Shown in pieces: positions 22,442 to 35,600 of a stretch of 64,000 nt of DNA (position 1 is its first letter; each line of letters begins with the position of its first letter). A program made the position numbers and the translations under genes. The notes beneath the pieces are model-generated. The model saw only the letters and a list, made by a program, of their open reading frames with translations. It was not told the origin of the DNA and searched no databases. The stretch covers positions 558,001-622,000 of the forward strand of contig NIVC01000255.1 of NCBI GenBank assembly GCA_002269645.1, in the 5' to 3' direction. This DNA comes from Macrostomum lignano. Taxonomy: Eukaryota.

Positions 22442-22823
22442 ACGAGGCCGCCCGCAGCCGTATACGCCGTCTCATCAACTACAAGCCTCTCCTGAATGAC
22501 CGGCTGAAGCGGATCTACAGCAAGACCCCCTCGATGCCCGCTCGCCCCCGCGCGCTTCAGGTTTCCATAGCCCAAATGCGTGCCATCACGATCCTTCCAC
22601 GGCGTACTATCAGCACCGAATTGGCTCTAGGGAGGATAGCAGATGCCCCCGGTGCGACCTCTATGAAGACAAGGACCACTTCCTCGAATGTCCGGCCCTG
22701 GCAAGAGTTCGGCACGCGACGGACCTACACCAACTGGAGGACTTGGCCGATGGCGATCTGGTGGCTAGGTTCTTGGACTGCCTGCATAGGCAGCCCTAGA
22801 CCACCTTCCGCAAACAACAACAA
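22442..22823 (+). mobile_element. 5'-truncated Ingi-like element with (CAA)n tail
   Basis: 13-bp TSD CAACCGCACCAAC at 22429-22441 and 22824-22836; encodes a C-terminus homologous to its host (AQMRA..CPRC..H..ECP). Confidence 0.85.
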
Positions 22824-23669
22824 CAACCGCACCAACATCACCGAAGGCGGCCCCTGCCGACTTTGCCTGGATGTTCCGGACCAATTTCACCTCTGGACCT
22901 GCCCCAAGCTCGAAGCTAATCGGCGCAACATCGGCGTCACTAGTCTGAGTGACTTTGCACGTGGTGACTTGGTGGCGCAGCTCCTGGGAGCCGTCGACTG
23001 GCGGCCCGTGTGAGTTGCTCACCGCAGACAACAAGTACATCAGCAGCAGCAGCATTACTACAAGGAAAACCTGCAGCAACACCTGCAGGCCCAGCTGCTG
23101 TGGCAGCAGCTGCAACAGCAGCAGCAGCAGGCGAAACAGCAGCAGCAGCAGCCGCAACAGCAGCAGCAGCAGCCGCAACAGTAGCAGCAGCTGCAGCCGC
23201 AGCAGAAGCAGCAGTAGCAATACCGAACCGAGCGTAATATAATATTTTCCTTACATTATATGTAACATTTCATATTACAGTGTTTTTTAATAACATAATA
23301 AGAACGGTAATTGAATAATATTGTATACATAATTTTAATATAATATGTAAAAATTATAAAAGTTTGTAAATAGAAATTACTATACATTTTTCATACATTT
23401 TCAGAACAAAAATGTCACTTCTTTCAGTAATTTCGACGCGTAGAATCGAAATATGATGGTCTCGAGACTGTGCGACGCAAGATAAACTATCTTTTCCCGC
23501 AAAGTTAAATTTACCCTTCACCATTACAGTGCCTGGAGGTACCCTGAGACTTTTAGACTATTAAACCAAATAAATTGAGGACGAAAATTCGCTTGCAGAA
23601 AGCAATTTTGCCCGAGACACTTTAAATAAACCAATAAGGTAGATAAAAGAGCTCTGGATTTTTTCTCTC

Positions 23670-24125
23670 GATTTTACCCTAGTCTCACCCCGAGAAAATG
23701 CCTTCTTCTAGGAGTCTCATAGGGTTTGAAAAAAATCTCACTGCCGTAGATAAAGCTTTAGTAGCTCGAAAACTATTTCATTATGTAATTTAAGTCACCA
23801 CGAGACGAATTCAACTTAATCTCACCCTAGAATTATGCTGTCTTATTGGAGTCTCATGGGGTTAGAAAAAATCTCACCTAAATGGATGACGCAATATTGA
23901 CTTATTATCTATTCTAAATCTTACTGTGGTTAACAACGAGATGACTGCACCCCAGTCTCACCCCCAAATTATGCTGCCTTATGAGAGTCTCACAGAAATC
24001 TTAAAAAATCTCAAAAAATCTCAAAACTTTTTTTGCTCTATAATGTGCGTCGTTTATCACTGAGTCGATTGGACCCCTATCTCATACCTCGGAAATGTCG
24101 TCTTCGATGAATCTCACGGTCTTAA
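23670..24125. repeat. Degenerate ~135-bp tandem repeat (TCTCACCC..ATGC..GAGTCTCA..AAAAAATCTCA), about 4 units
   Basis: Motif recurs near 23680, 23820, 23955 and 24080. Confidence 0.55.
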
Positions 24126-25826
24126 AGGCCAAAAATCAAAGTTTAAAAAAATCTGGGTGTGTAGTTCATCATTGCGATCCTTAGTGATTCAATTTTGTTA
24201 AAAATGGGGGCTCTGGAGGTTATTGTAAAAAAGTTGGCCGCGGAGAATAAAAAAGTGGACATTGTCTTAAAAGTCTTAGTTTTACCTGCTGAGTCCATCT
24301 GACACTAGTCTCATACCTTCCGGACGTACTGGAAACCCGATTGGCACTAGATTGTGAGATCTGAAAAATCTTAGGTGAGATTAGTATATTACCCCACAAA
24401 AAATTCTCCTGAGCTTCTGGAAGAATTCTAACAGAGATAGAGACGTGAGATTAGTCAGAAAGGCATGTAAACCCTGATTGGGAGACTGATACACTACACA
24501 TGGGCGATTGGACACCCATGGACACCCACACATTTATGGGAGATTGATACACTTTTAGGAGATGTATACACCAAAGAGTAGTCCAAACCCCAAAAGTGTA
24601 TTACCCTCCCCAACCCTAAGTGTATCAGTCAGTATCAGCTTCTGACTTTAGCCTTGAAATCTCATTTGTACCCCCGTGAGCTTTGACATCTCAGCTATTC
24701 CTCCCGTAAGCCTTGACATGTCAGCGATGCCCCCCATAAACATGATTTTTACATGACGCTTCCATGATTTTTACATGACGCTTCTATGATTTTTACTTTA
24801 CACTTCTGATTTTTACATGACGCTTCTATGATTTTTACATGACGTTTCTATGATTTTTACATGATGCTTCTATGATTTTTACATTACGCTTCAATGATTT
24901 TTACATGACGTTTCTATAATTTTTACCTTACACTTCTATGATTGTTTATATTACGCTTCTATGATTGTTTACATGACGCTTCTATGATTTTTCATGACGC
25001 TTTTATGATTTTTACTCTACACTTCTATAATTTTTTACATGACGCCTCTATGATTTTTTACATGACGCTTCTATGATTTTTTCATGAGGCTTCTTTTTAA
25101 AAAGTCTTAGTTTTCCTGACGTTAAAAAGCTGTAATTAAAAAATTCCACTCTATGAAAATTCGAACTATCCCTGCATTTAGCAGTTCAGTCTGTTCACCT
25201 CTAGGCTAGCTTTCATCGTTTTGATAACATTAATTTTAGCACTTATACTAGCTAAAGTTTTGCCCCCCTTCGGGGAGCAGAAATAATTAATATTCGTCTA
25301 ATATAATATACCTTTTAGCAGGAGTACTTTAAGTGTTTTTCTTAAGCTTAAGCTTAAAATAGGAATTTTTGGAGATCGTTAATAACGCATTTTAGGTAAA
25401 ACAAAACTATCAACTTTTTACAGTTTTTAGTTTAGAGCCCTGTATATGTCAACGTGTTTGATAAAAATTATTTTTATCATTTTTGATAAAAAATGGCCTT
25501 CGGGGTGGCCAATAAGCAAGGGACGAATCCTTTTAAATGAAAAAAATTCTTAGGGAGGGGGGCTAGGAATCGAATTCTCATTTTAATTCCAGGCTTATGT
25601 ACCAATAAAACATGTTTGTGCAGAATTTTATAACAGACATTGAAATTCAACCATACTTGCCTTCTTTCAGAGCTACTTCTACCAGTATGCTTCAGTACGC
25701 TACCAGTACCCTTGTAAGCCTTGACATGTCAGCAATCCCCCCACAAGCCTTAACATATCAACTCCCCCCTTGACATCTCAGCAATGCTCCCACAAGCCTT
25801 GAAATCTTAAAAAATCTGTCTATTTT

Positions 25827-25866
25827 CTAACCCTAACCCTAACCCTAACCCTAACCCTAACCCTAA
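25827..25866. repeat. Interstitial (CCCTAA)6 telomere-type tract; degenerate tracts also near 12020, 12180 and 12540
   Basis: Direct reading. Confidence 0.9.
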
Positions 25867-26689
25867 AGCATTGAAATTTCAGTAATTCTCTCTAAGAGTC
25901 TATAGCACTACTACAGCATTATAGCGATTCCCTGCAAGCCTCGACATCGTAGGGATTCCCAAATGAATCTCTTAACTTTGACATGAAGCTTCTTTTTTTT
26001 TTACATTACGCTTTTTCTATCAGCGATCCCTCCAGTGAGGAGCCAACAAATAATGTAATAACTTTTTTCCAATAAACTACATGTAGCTTCTGACATTAGC
26101 CTTGACATCTCATTTATTCCCCCGTGAGCCTTGACATCTCAGCTATAGATAGATAGATAGATTCCCCTCGTAAGCCTTGACATGTCAGCGATGCCCCCCA
26201 TAAACCTTGAAATCTAAAAAATCCCCTGTTAACCTTGAAACGCGCTAAAATCTAACCCTCAACCCAAACCTGACGTAAACCTAACTTTCACCCAACCTAA
26301 AGCCTTGAAATCACAGCAATTCTTCTTCCCTAAGCCTTGGCATTTAAGTGATTCCTTCTTTAAGAATCACAGCACTATAACGATTCCCTCCAAGCTTTGA
26401 CATCGTAGCAATTCCCAAATGAATCTTTTAACTTTGACATGACTTTTATTTTATGTATACATAGTGCTCCTTTTATTTTTACATGACTCTTCTTCTATCA
26501 GCGCCCCCCCACCGTGGCAAGCCAACAAAGAATGCAATAAAAAACTTAAGTAAAGTACATGTACTTTGAAGTAGCTTCTGACTTTTGCTTTAACATCTCA
26601 GAAACCCCCCTGTAATCTCAGTTATTCTCTGTGAGCCTTGACGTCTCAGTAATTCTCTTCAGCACAGCACTGTACTATAGCTTCATTTA

Positions 26690-27760
26690 ATTTTTATATG
26701 ACATTTCTTTCATGTCTGACATGACGCTTCTTTTGATTTTTACGTTACGCTTCTTTTATTCTTCCATGATGCTTCTTAATTTTTTAAATGACACACTTTC
26801 ATTAGTTTTTATATGAGGCTTCTATAATTTTTTCATGACGCTTCTATGCTTGTTTACATGACGCTTGTATGATTTTTACATGACGCTTCTATGATTTTTA
26901 CATGACGCTTGTATGATTGTTTACATGACGCTTCTATGATTTTTTACATGACGCTTTTATGATTTTTACATGACGCTTCTATGATTTTTTACATGACGCT
27001 TCTATGATTTTTACATGACGCTTCTATGATTTTTACATGACGCTTCTATGATTTTTACATGACGCTTCTATGATTTTTACATGACGCTTCTATGATTGTT
27101 TACATGACGCTTCTATGATTGTATACATGACGCTTCTATGATTGTTTACATGACGCTTCTATGATTGTATACATGACGCTTCTATGATTGTTTACATGAC
27201 GCTTTTATGATTGTTTACATGACGCTTCTATGATTTTTACATGACGCTTCTATGATTTTTACATGACGCTTCTATGATTGTTTACATGACGCTTCTATGA
27301 TTGTTTACATGACGCTTCTATGATTTTAACATGACGCTTCTATGATTTTTTTACATGACGCTTCTATGATTGTTTACATGACGCTTGTATGATTGTTTAC
27401 ATGACGCTTGTATGATTTTAACATGACGCTTCTATGATTGTTTACATTACGCTTCTATGATTGCTTGCATGACGCTTCTATGATTTTTTATGACGCTTTT
27501 ATGATTTTAACATGACGCTTCTATGATTTTTTTACATGACGCTTCTATGATTGTTTACATGACGCTTGTATGATTGTTTACATGACGCTTTTATGATTTT
27601 AACATGACGCTTCTATGATTGTTTACATTACGCTTCTATGATTTTTACATGACGCTTCTATGATTTTTACATGACGCTTCTATGATTGTTTACATGACGC
27701 TTTTATGATTGTTTACATGACGCTTGTATGATTGTTTACATGACGCTTCCATAATTTTTT
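26690..27760. repeat. 22-bp minisatellite, expanded array
   Basis: CATGACGCTTCTATGATT(T/G)TTTA units. Confidence 0.95.
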
Positions 27761-28149
27761 TGTCTTGGCGTTAAAAGGCTTTAATTAAAAAAACTCTACT
27801 CTCTAAAAATTCGAACCATCGTCCCTGCATTTAGCAGTTTAGTCTGTTTACCTCTAGGCTAGCTCTCATGAATTTTAGTCATTACCCCTAAATAGAAAAT
27901 ATTCCCAAGACAGCAAGCATCCCCCCAGTAGCAAGCATCCCCTAATACTCCTAGCAAGCATCCACCCAGATAGCAAGCATCTGCAGATAGCAAGCATCTT
28001 GCAGATAGCAAGCATCTTGCAGATAGCAAGCATACCCCAAATAATGTAGAAGCATCCTTCCAGATAGCAAGCATCCTGCACATAGCAAGAATCCCTAAAT
28101 AGCAAGCATCCCTGGATAGAAATAATCCTATACATGTAGCCAAGCTTAT

Positions 28150-29535
28150 CAAGCGCAGTAATCCTTGGCTATCGAGTGCAGTAATCCTTGGTTTATTAAT
28201 AGCAATAATCCATGGCTTATCGAGTGCAGTAATCCTTGGTTTATTAATAGCAATAATCCTTGGCTTATCGAGTGCAGTAATTCATGGTTTATTAATAGCA
28301 ATATTCCTTGGCTTATCGAGTGCAGTAATCCTTGGTTTATTAATAGCAATAATCCATGCCTTATCGAGTGCAGTAATCCTTGGTTTATTAATAGCAATAA
28401 TCCTTGGCTTATCGAGTGCAGTAATCCTTGGTTTGCCAAGTGCATAATCCTTGGTTTATTAATAGCAATAATCCTTGGTTTATCGAGTGCAGTAATCCTT
28501 GGTTTATTAATAGCAATAATCCTTGGCTTATCGAGTGCAGTAATCCTTGGTTTATTAATAGCAATAATCCATGGCTTATCGAGTGCAGTAATCCTTGGTT
28601 TGCCAAGAGCAATAGTCCTTGGCTTATCGAGTGCAGTAATCCTTGGTTTGCCAAGAGCAATAGTCCTTGGTTTATTGAGTGCAGTAATCCTTGGTTTATT
28701 AATAGCAATAGTCCTTGGTTTATTGAGTGCAGTAATCCTTGGTTTATTAATAGCAATAGTCCTTGGTTTATTGAGTGCAGTAATCCTTGGTTTATTAATA
28801 GCAATAATCCTTGGCTTATCGAGTGCAGTAATCCTTGGTTTGCCAAGTGCATAATCCTTGGTTTATCGAGTGCAGTAATCCTTGGTTTATTAATAGCAAT
28901 AATCCTTGGCTTATCGAGTGCAGTAATCCTTGGTTTGCCAAGAGCAATAGTCCTTGGCTTATCGAGTGCAGTAATCCTTGGTTTGCCAAGAGCAATAGTC
29001 CTTGGTTTATTAAGTGCAGTAATCCTTGGTTTATTAATAGCAATAGTCCTTGGTTTATTCAGTGCAGTAATCCTTGGTTTGCCAAGAGCAATAGTCCTTG
29101 GCTTATCGAGTGCAGTAATCCTTGGTTTGCCAAGAGCAATAGTCCTTGGTTTTTTGAGTGCAGTAATCCTTGGTTTATTAATAGCAATAGTCCTTGGTTT
29201 ATTGAGTGCAGTAATGCTTGGTTTATTAATATTAATAGCAATAATCCTTGGCTTATCGATTGCAGTAATCCTTGGTTTGCCAAGTGCATAATCCTTGGTT
29301 TATTAATAGCAATAATCCTTGGTTTATCGAGTGCAGTAATCCTTAGTTTATTAATAGCAATAATCCTTGGCTTATCGAGTGCAGTAATCCTTGGTTTATT
29401 AATAGCAATAATCCATGGCTTATCGAGTGCAGTAATCCTTGGTTTGCCAAGAGCAATAATCCTTGGCTTATCGAGTGCAGTATTCCTTGGTTTGCCAAGA
29501 GCAATAATCCTTAGCTTATCGAGTGCAGTAATCTA
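28150..29535. repeat. 48-bp minisatellite (two related 24-bp halves) with higher-order structure
   Basis: AGTGCAGTAATCCTTGGTTTATTA + ATAGCAATAATCCTTGGCTTATCG; variant GCCAAGTGCATAATCC at 28435, 28842 and 29279. Confidence 0.95.
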
Positions 29536-29600
29536 AGTGTTTTTATTTAGTCCTTTAATAAAAGCTTTTAATAAAAAATTTTACACTACTACTTTTAAAC

Positions 29601-29667
29601 TACTTAGATTCGAACCCAGGTCGCTGCATTAGCAGTCTGGTCTGCTCAGCTCTAGGCTAGCTCTCAT
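29601..29667 (-). ncRNA. tRNA-derived Pol III module (well-preserved copy)
   Basis: TAGCCTAGAG..GACTGCTAATG..GGGTTCGAATC on the minus strand, with a T-run downstream. Confidence 0.6.
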
Positions 29668-30703
29668 CGAAGTTATCAGTGAATTTGTACCACTTATATA
29701 ATCAGGTAGAGTAAAAAGTCACGCGAAGCAGTTATGACATAATCAATTTCTTAGGCAAGTCAGTACCAGTGTCTATGAAAGTTAACAATATGGTTACGTA
29801 ATATAAATTCAGTACTGCACTATACTTTCACCCTCAAAGCTGTGACGCAATTCAATTGAGTGTCAAATTCAGCCAGTACACAGACGATAAATAAAGTGTA
29901 TTGTGATGCAATCTATTTCAGAATCAGAATTCAACCAGTCAGATTTTTCTCTAGCATTCTTACAATGCATTTCAGGTCGAAAGAGCTGCTTGACCTTTGC
30001 AAAAAATCATGTTTTTCGAATATTTAATCCCTTTAACATTGAGCAATTTCTTAGCCAATATGCATGTACCGTCCCGGGAAAATTTCTGATCGAATGGTGC
30101 AAGTTTGAAGAAAATCGGTTGAGCCGTTCGGGAGAAAATCAATTACAAGCAAGCAACCAAGCATTTCATTTTTAGTATATTAGAAGATAAATCAACACTT
30201 TAAAATCCAAGCATAGAGTAAATCACACGAGGCAGTTATGACATAATCAATTTCTCAGTCAGTCAGTATCAGTTAACAATATGGTTACGCAATCTAAATC
30301 AAGTCTGGTGCTACGCTTCCACACTGCATTTTCAATACTGTGACGCAATTCAAGTTGGAGTTACAATTCAGTTATGATGCAATCTATTTCAGAATCAGAA
30401 TTCAACCAGTCAGTTTTTTCTCTAGCATTCTTACAATGCATTTCAAGTCGAAAAGTTTGCTTGACCTTTGCAAAAAAGCATGTTTTTCGAATATTTAATG
30501 CCTTTAGCATCGAGAAATTTCTTAGCCAAGATGCATGTACCGTCCCAATAAAATTTCTGATCGAACAGTACAAGTCTCATGAAAATCAGTTAAGCCATTC
30601 TGGAGATAATCGATTGCGCACATACAAGCAAGCAAGATTTTCATTTTTAGTATATAGGAGATGACATATATACATATAGTTTTCATTTTTAGTATATTTG
30701 ATG

Positions 30704-32690
30704 ACTAGCCATTTAGCCCCCCGCTGGGGAGCCTTGAAAATGACACTAATTGGTTTTTATTTTGGCGCAAGAGTAACCTTACTATAATCATTCAAAATTT
30801 TGATTTCCAATAATCAAAAATTACCTTTTCTCATTTTGGCAGAAATAAATTGTCATTAATCCGAATTTTATTAGCCAAAAAAGTTTCGTTCATCAGCCCA
30901 AAACCCTTTCTAAATCAGCAAATAGTTCTTATCCTTTCAAGCACAAACTCTTGATGCATATCGTCACTGGCCGGGGCATATTCTGATCCGCAGCAGGAGC
31001 TCAATATGCAAATCCCTGACGCCCTTAGACCCTCTCTCTATATTAGCCTAAATCAAAGAATCAAGCCAGCGCCAAGGATTAAATGCGCTGGTATTTCCTA
31101 TTAGCAGAAATCAGCATCACTTGTGTGTACTTTTTCATTATCTGAATTACATGAGCTACTTGAGCCTGACTATCTGACAATCTGACATACTACCTGACTA
31201 CCTGACTATCTGACAATCGCCCAACAACCTAACACCCCCCCAAAAAAATTCAGCCATTGTCCATGAGCCTTGACATCCCAGCAATTCCCCCAGTAGGCCT
31301 TGACATCTCAGCATTTCCCCAGTAAGCCTTAACATCTTAGCATTTCCCAGTAAGCCTAATCTCAGCAATTCCCCCAGTAAGCTCTGAGATCTCAGCAATT
31401 CCCTCAGTAAGCCTTGACATCTCAGCAATTCCCCCAGTAAGCTCTGAGATCTCAGCAATCCCCCACTAAGCCTTGACATCTCAGCAATTCCCCCAGTAAG
31501 CCTTGACATCTCAGCAATTCCCCCAGTAAGCCTTGACATCTCAGCAATACCCCCAGTAAGCCTTGACGTCTGAGGAATTCCCCCAGTAAGCCTTTAAATC
31601 TCAGCATTCCCCCAGTAAGCCTTGAGATCTCAGAAATTATCCCAGTAAGTTTGGAGATCTCAGAAATTATCCCAGTAAGCCTTGAGATCTCAGCAATTCC
31701 CCCAGTAAGCCTTGAGATCTCAGCAATTCCCCCAGTAAGCCTTGACATCTTAGCAATTCCCCCAGTAAGCCTTGAAATCTCAGTAAGCATAGAAATCTTA
31801 GCAATTCCCGGTAGGACTTGACATTTTAGCAATTCCAGAAAGCCTTGACATCTCAGCAATTCCTAGTAGGACTTGACATCTCAGCAATTCCCCCATTAAG
31901 CCTCGACATTGCAGCAATTCTCCCAGCGCAGTATTTAGCCTTGACATCCCAACAACCCAACTCCCCTCTCCCAAGAATTCAGCAATCCCCTTATAAGCCT
32001 TGATAACTCAGCTATTCCCCCATGAGCTTTGATATCTTAGCAAGTCTTTAATTGATTGTTGACAGCGGTTAATCTATGATTGAACCAAAACTGACCCTAA
32101 GCCCCCAAACCTACACATAAGTGAGTCTTGGCATGTTAGAAATTTCCACTATGAGCCTTGAGCCTCAGCATTAAAGTAACTTCCTCATAAGGTTTGTAAT
32201 CTGAATTTCACCGAAAGCCTTGACCTATCAGCAATTCCCCGTAGAGCCAAAGCATTGAGGTAATTCGCCCCAAGAGCCTTTAATCTTAGCAATTCCTCGA
32301 TGGATCATTGATGGTTGTCACGACGATCGCTCTATAATTTAACCAAAACCATACCCTTAACCTGTAGTCGAATTTCAGCAATTCCCCAATGAGCTTTGGA
32401 AATGTTAGCAATTTACCCATGAGCCTGAAAATTGAGTGACTAACCATTTGATATCTTGGCACTTGCATTTCAACAATTAATTTCAGCAATTTCACAAATG
32501 AACCTTGAATTCAAAGCAATTCTCCCCAGAATGACATAATTATAGCAATTCCCCTTTGTCTTGATATCTTATAAATCCTTCCATGAGTATTGATATATCA
32601 CAGCAATTTGCCATACCAGCATTATGCTCGTAGCAATAGTCCTAGCAGTCTTTAGAGTCTTAGCAATTCCCAATGAGACTTTTACTTTCG
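30704..32690 (+). mobile_element. Non-autonomous Helitron-like element, unit 4 (30-bp array); right boundary approximate
   Basis: ACTAG plus GCCCCCCG-CT-GGGGGAGC start directly after a TCATTTTTTAGTATA end. Confidence 0.6.
31255..31920. repeat. 30-bp minisatellite (CCCCAGTAAGCCTTGACATCTCAGCAATTC)
   Basis: Direct reading; single degenerate copies of the unit also occur in units 2 and 3. Confidence 0.92.
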
Positions 32691-32699
32691 ACAGGGCGC

Positions 32700-35600
32700 T
32701 TTTTTATGATTCCCCCTCATCTGCAGAAACAGGTAGATGCTCAGCTAGATGACATGTTAGCTAAGAATTTAATTAGGCCATGCTATTCGACTTATTCAAC
32801 ACCTTTAGTGATTGTACGGAAGAAAGATGGTACTATTCGAATAGTCAGTGACTTTAGAGTGCTGAATTCACGGGTGAATTATTTTCCGTATCCGCTGCCA
32901 AATATTCAAGAGACATTTTCAAACTTAACAGGCAGTCAGTATTTTAGCAGCCTTGACCTGAATCCTGGTTATTGGCAAGTTCCGATAAAAGAGGAACACA
33001 AGTTTATGACTGCATTTTTAACATTAACAAGAGGCCAATTTGAGTACCAAGTTATGGCTCAGGGCTTATCTAATGCCCCAGGTACTTTTCAAAGGCTTAT
33101 GAATCTAGTATTAGCAGGCATTCAGCATAAATATGCCATGTCATACATAGATGACATAGTGACCTATTCTAAGCAGTTTGAGGATCATTTAGAGCACATT
33201 GGAGAGGTATTTAAAATATTAATTAGTGCAGGACTGAAGCTAAGAGCTAAGAAGTGCAATCTATTTCATAGCAAATTAAAATACTTAGGCCATGTAATTG
33301 GAAGAGAAGGAATTAGGACTGATGAAGCTAAGATAGAAGCCATTAGGAGCTGGCCAAGGCCAAAAGATGTAAAAGAGCTAAGAAGTTTCTTAGGATTATG
33401 CAATTATTATAGTCGCCTTGTTAAGAATTATGCTGAGGCTGCACGTCCGTTATTTTAATTAACTAGGAAAGGAGTGCAGAACTTACAGGCAAAGTGGACT
33501 AGGGCTCATGATGAAGCATTTGAGGAGCTTAAGAGAAAAATGATGTCAACAGAAGTGTTAGCCTATCCAGAGTTTGCAGACGACGAGAATGTTAGAATGG
33601 TCTTAGATACTGATGCTAGTGATGGACGCATAGGGGCCTGCCTAGGCCAAATCCAGTCAGATGGCATCGAGAGGCCTATAGCATATTTCAGTCGTGCTAT
33701 GAAAGAAACAGAGAAGCGCTTTCCAATAACTAGGAAGGAATTATTAGCATTAGTAGACGCGATGAAGCATTTTAGATTTTATCTGATAGGGAAGCGATTT
33801 TTAGCGCGCACAGATCATAAGGCAATCTTATGGTTGTTAGGGCAAACAGAGCCCCAAGGGATTCTAGGACGTTGGGTGGAGCGCTTAAATGAATTTCAAT
33901 TTGATATTGAGCATAGAAGCGGTGCAAAACACTCCAACACGGACAGTTTGTCCAGAAGACCGGCAGAAGTAGCTGAAGCAACCGAGATTTAAAAAGGCGT
34001 GAAAGCCTGTAAGAACGAACTAGAGCAAGGCGTGAGAGCCTGTGAGCAAGGCGTGAAAGCCTATGAGAGTGAAAAGGGCGTGAAGCCGAGAGACAGCGTG
34101 AATGCTGCAGTAGGCGAGAGAGTAGAGAAAGGAGAAGGAGAGATGCAGACTCCGCATCCAGAGGACCCAGAGTCTAGGATCAAGTCATTAGTCATTTCAG
34201 AAGTAGAGGGTGTGAAGGTAGAAGACGTGTCAGCACTGAGTTCAAGCTTAAAGCAACAGAACAGAGACACTGAACCTGATCACAGAGAGAGTGAGATGCC
34301 TAGAGTTACAAAATTGCTAACTGACTACTTGCAAGTACCATTGAAGAAAGAGCAAATTGTTAAAGCTCAGAGGGAAGACACAGCAATCTGCACACTAATA
34401 GAGTGGAAGCAAGAAAATCTGTCAGTCCCGCCAATTCAGAAGAACGAGACAGTCGAAATGAAGCAGTTAGGGCGAAAATATGAGAAAATGAAGCTAGAGA
34501 GGAGTCTGTTGACAATAGAAGAAGAAGGAATCTGGAAAAAAGTCTTGCCTAAGTCTTTAGATAAGCTAGTGTTTAGCGATCTGCATGATAGCCCGCTAGC
34601 AGGACATTTAGGTAGAGACAAAACGGTTCAGCGAGTTAGAGAAAGATTTTGGAGACCAGGCTTAGTAGCCGCAGTCGAAAAGCCTGTGGCTAAGTGCATC
34701 CCATGCTTAGAAAGCAAAAGAGGCCATAAAGTGCAAGCTCCGATTCAGTCACTTCCAATTAGTGAGCCATTTCACCTATTACATATAGATGTGAGGGCCA
34801 ATTTCTAAAATCAGCAAAAGAGGCCATCAATATGTGCTGACAATAGTGGACAGCAATACTCGCTATCCATTTGCATTTCCAATGCGCAATCAAAAGGCTG
34901 ACACAATCATTAAGCTATTGCAAGAAAGAGTATTTAGTGAGTATGGCCAATGCCAATGGATTCACACAGACAATGGCAAAGCATTCACTAGTAAGCAATT
35001 TAGTGCATTCTGTGAGTTGTACAATGTGAAGCATACTTTCAAAACCCCATATCACGCACAGAGCAATGGTTTAGTTGAGAGATGTAACAAACAGGTCAAA
35101 TCAATAGTCACATGCCTGATTGAGAAGGATCATAGCAATTGGGATTTATTAATTCCAGCAGCCTTAGTCGCAGTAAGAACTAGCGTTAATCAGACTACAG
35201 GCTATTCGCCGTATTTCTTATTGTTTGGCAGAGAGGCAGTTTTGCCCATAGACAGCGAACTTAGAGAGCCAAACCAATATGCTAGTTATCCGACCCATGT
35301 AGCTGAGCATGTCGAAAGATTAGAGAGTGCCAGAAAAATAGTTAAAGGAAAGTTTGAGAAAGTACATGACAAGAGACAGATAGACGCTGAGAATCAGAAG
35401 AAACCAAAGGTTATTGAAGTAGGAAGTTTAGTGCTGATTAATAATCCACAAATTAACATTGACGAGTCTAATAAGTTTCATAGGAAAAAGAGAGCCGCTT
35501 TTAGAGTGCTTAAGCAAATCTCAGAAGTAGTTTTTAAGATTCAGAAAGAAGAAGAAGGCGAGTTAGTAGGTAATTAGTATTTAGTACATAGGGATAACAT

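Larger units (their letters stand above)
21663..23035 (+). mobile_element. Internally deleted Ingi-like element (ribozyme, 2A, half RNase H, C-terminus), interrupted by a third element
   Basis: 2A is followed directly by SYEAELMAI..LTDSQ..WVPGHSGVPGNE. The frame resumes after the insert as RTN|ITEGGPCRLC..H.WTCP. Confidence 0.8.
15198..23184 (+). pseudogene. Acidic/basic N-terminus plus long poly-Q ORF with a repeated YY(Q/K)ExLQQHLQxxLLWQQ motif, disrupted by three LINE insertions
   Basis: The Q-tract and motif continue at 15198-16115, 21358-21662 and about 23041-23184 (TAG); motif copies at about 16020, 21484, 21589 and 23053. Confidence 0.65.
25247..30186 (+). mobile_element. Composite non-autonomous Helitron-like element, unit 3 (two tRNA-like modules, three different arrays)
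   Basis: ACTAG plus GCCCCCC-TTC-GGGG start; core and TCATTTTTAGTATA end; no target duplication. Confidence 0.75.
24640..30659 (+). mobile_element. Second copy of unit 2 (24640-25246 plus 30187-30659), split by insertion of unit 3
   Basis: Rejoined flanks GCACTTAT|ATAAATCAAC match the uninterrupted sequence at about 13760-13780. Confidence 0.8.

Noticed and set aside
24484-24630. 12-bp perfect inverted repeat GACTGATACACT
   Set aside because: No TSD and single copy; may be an internal part of an older repeat.
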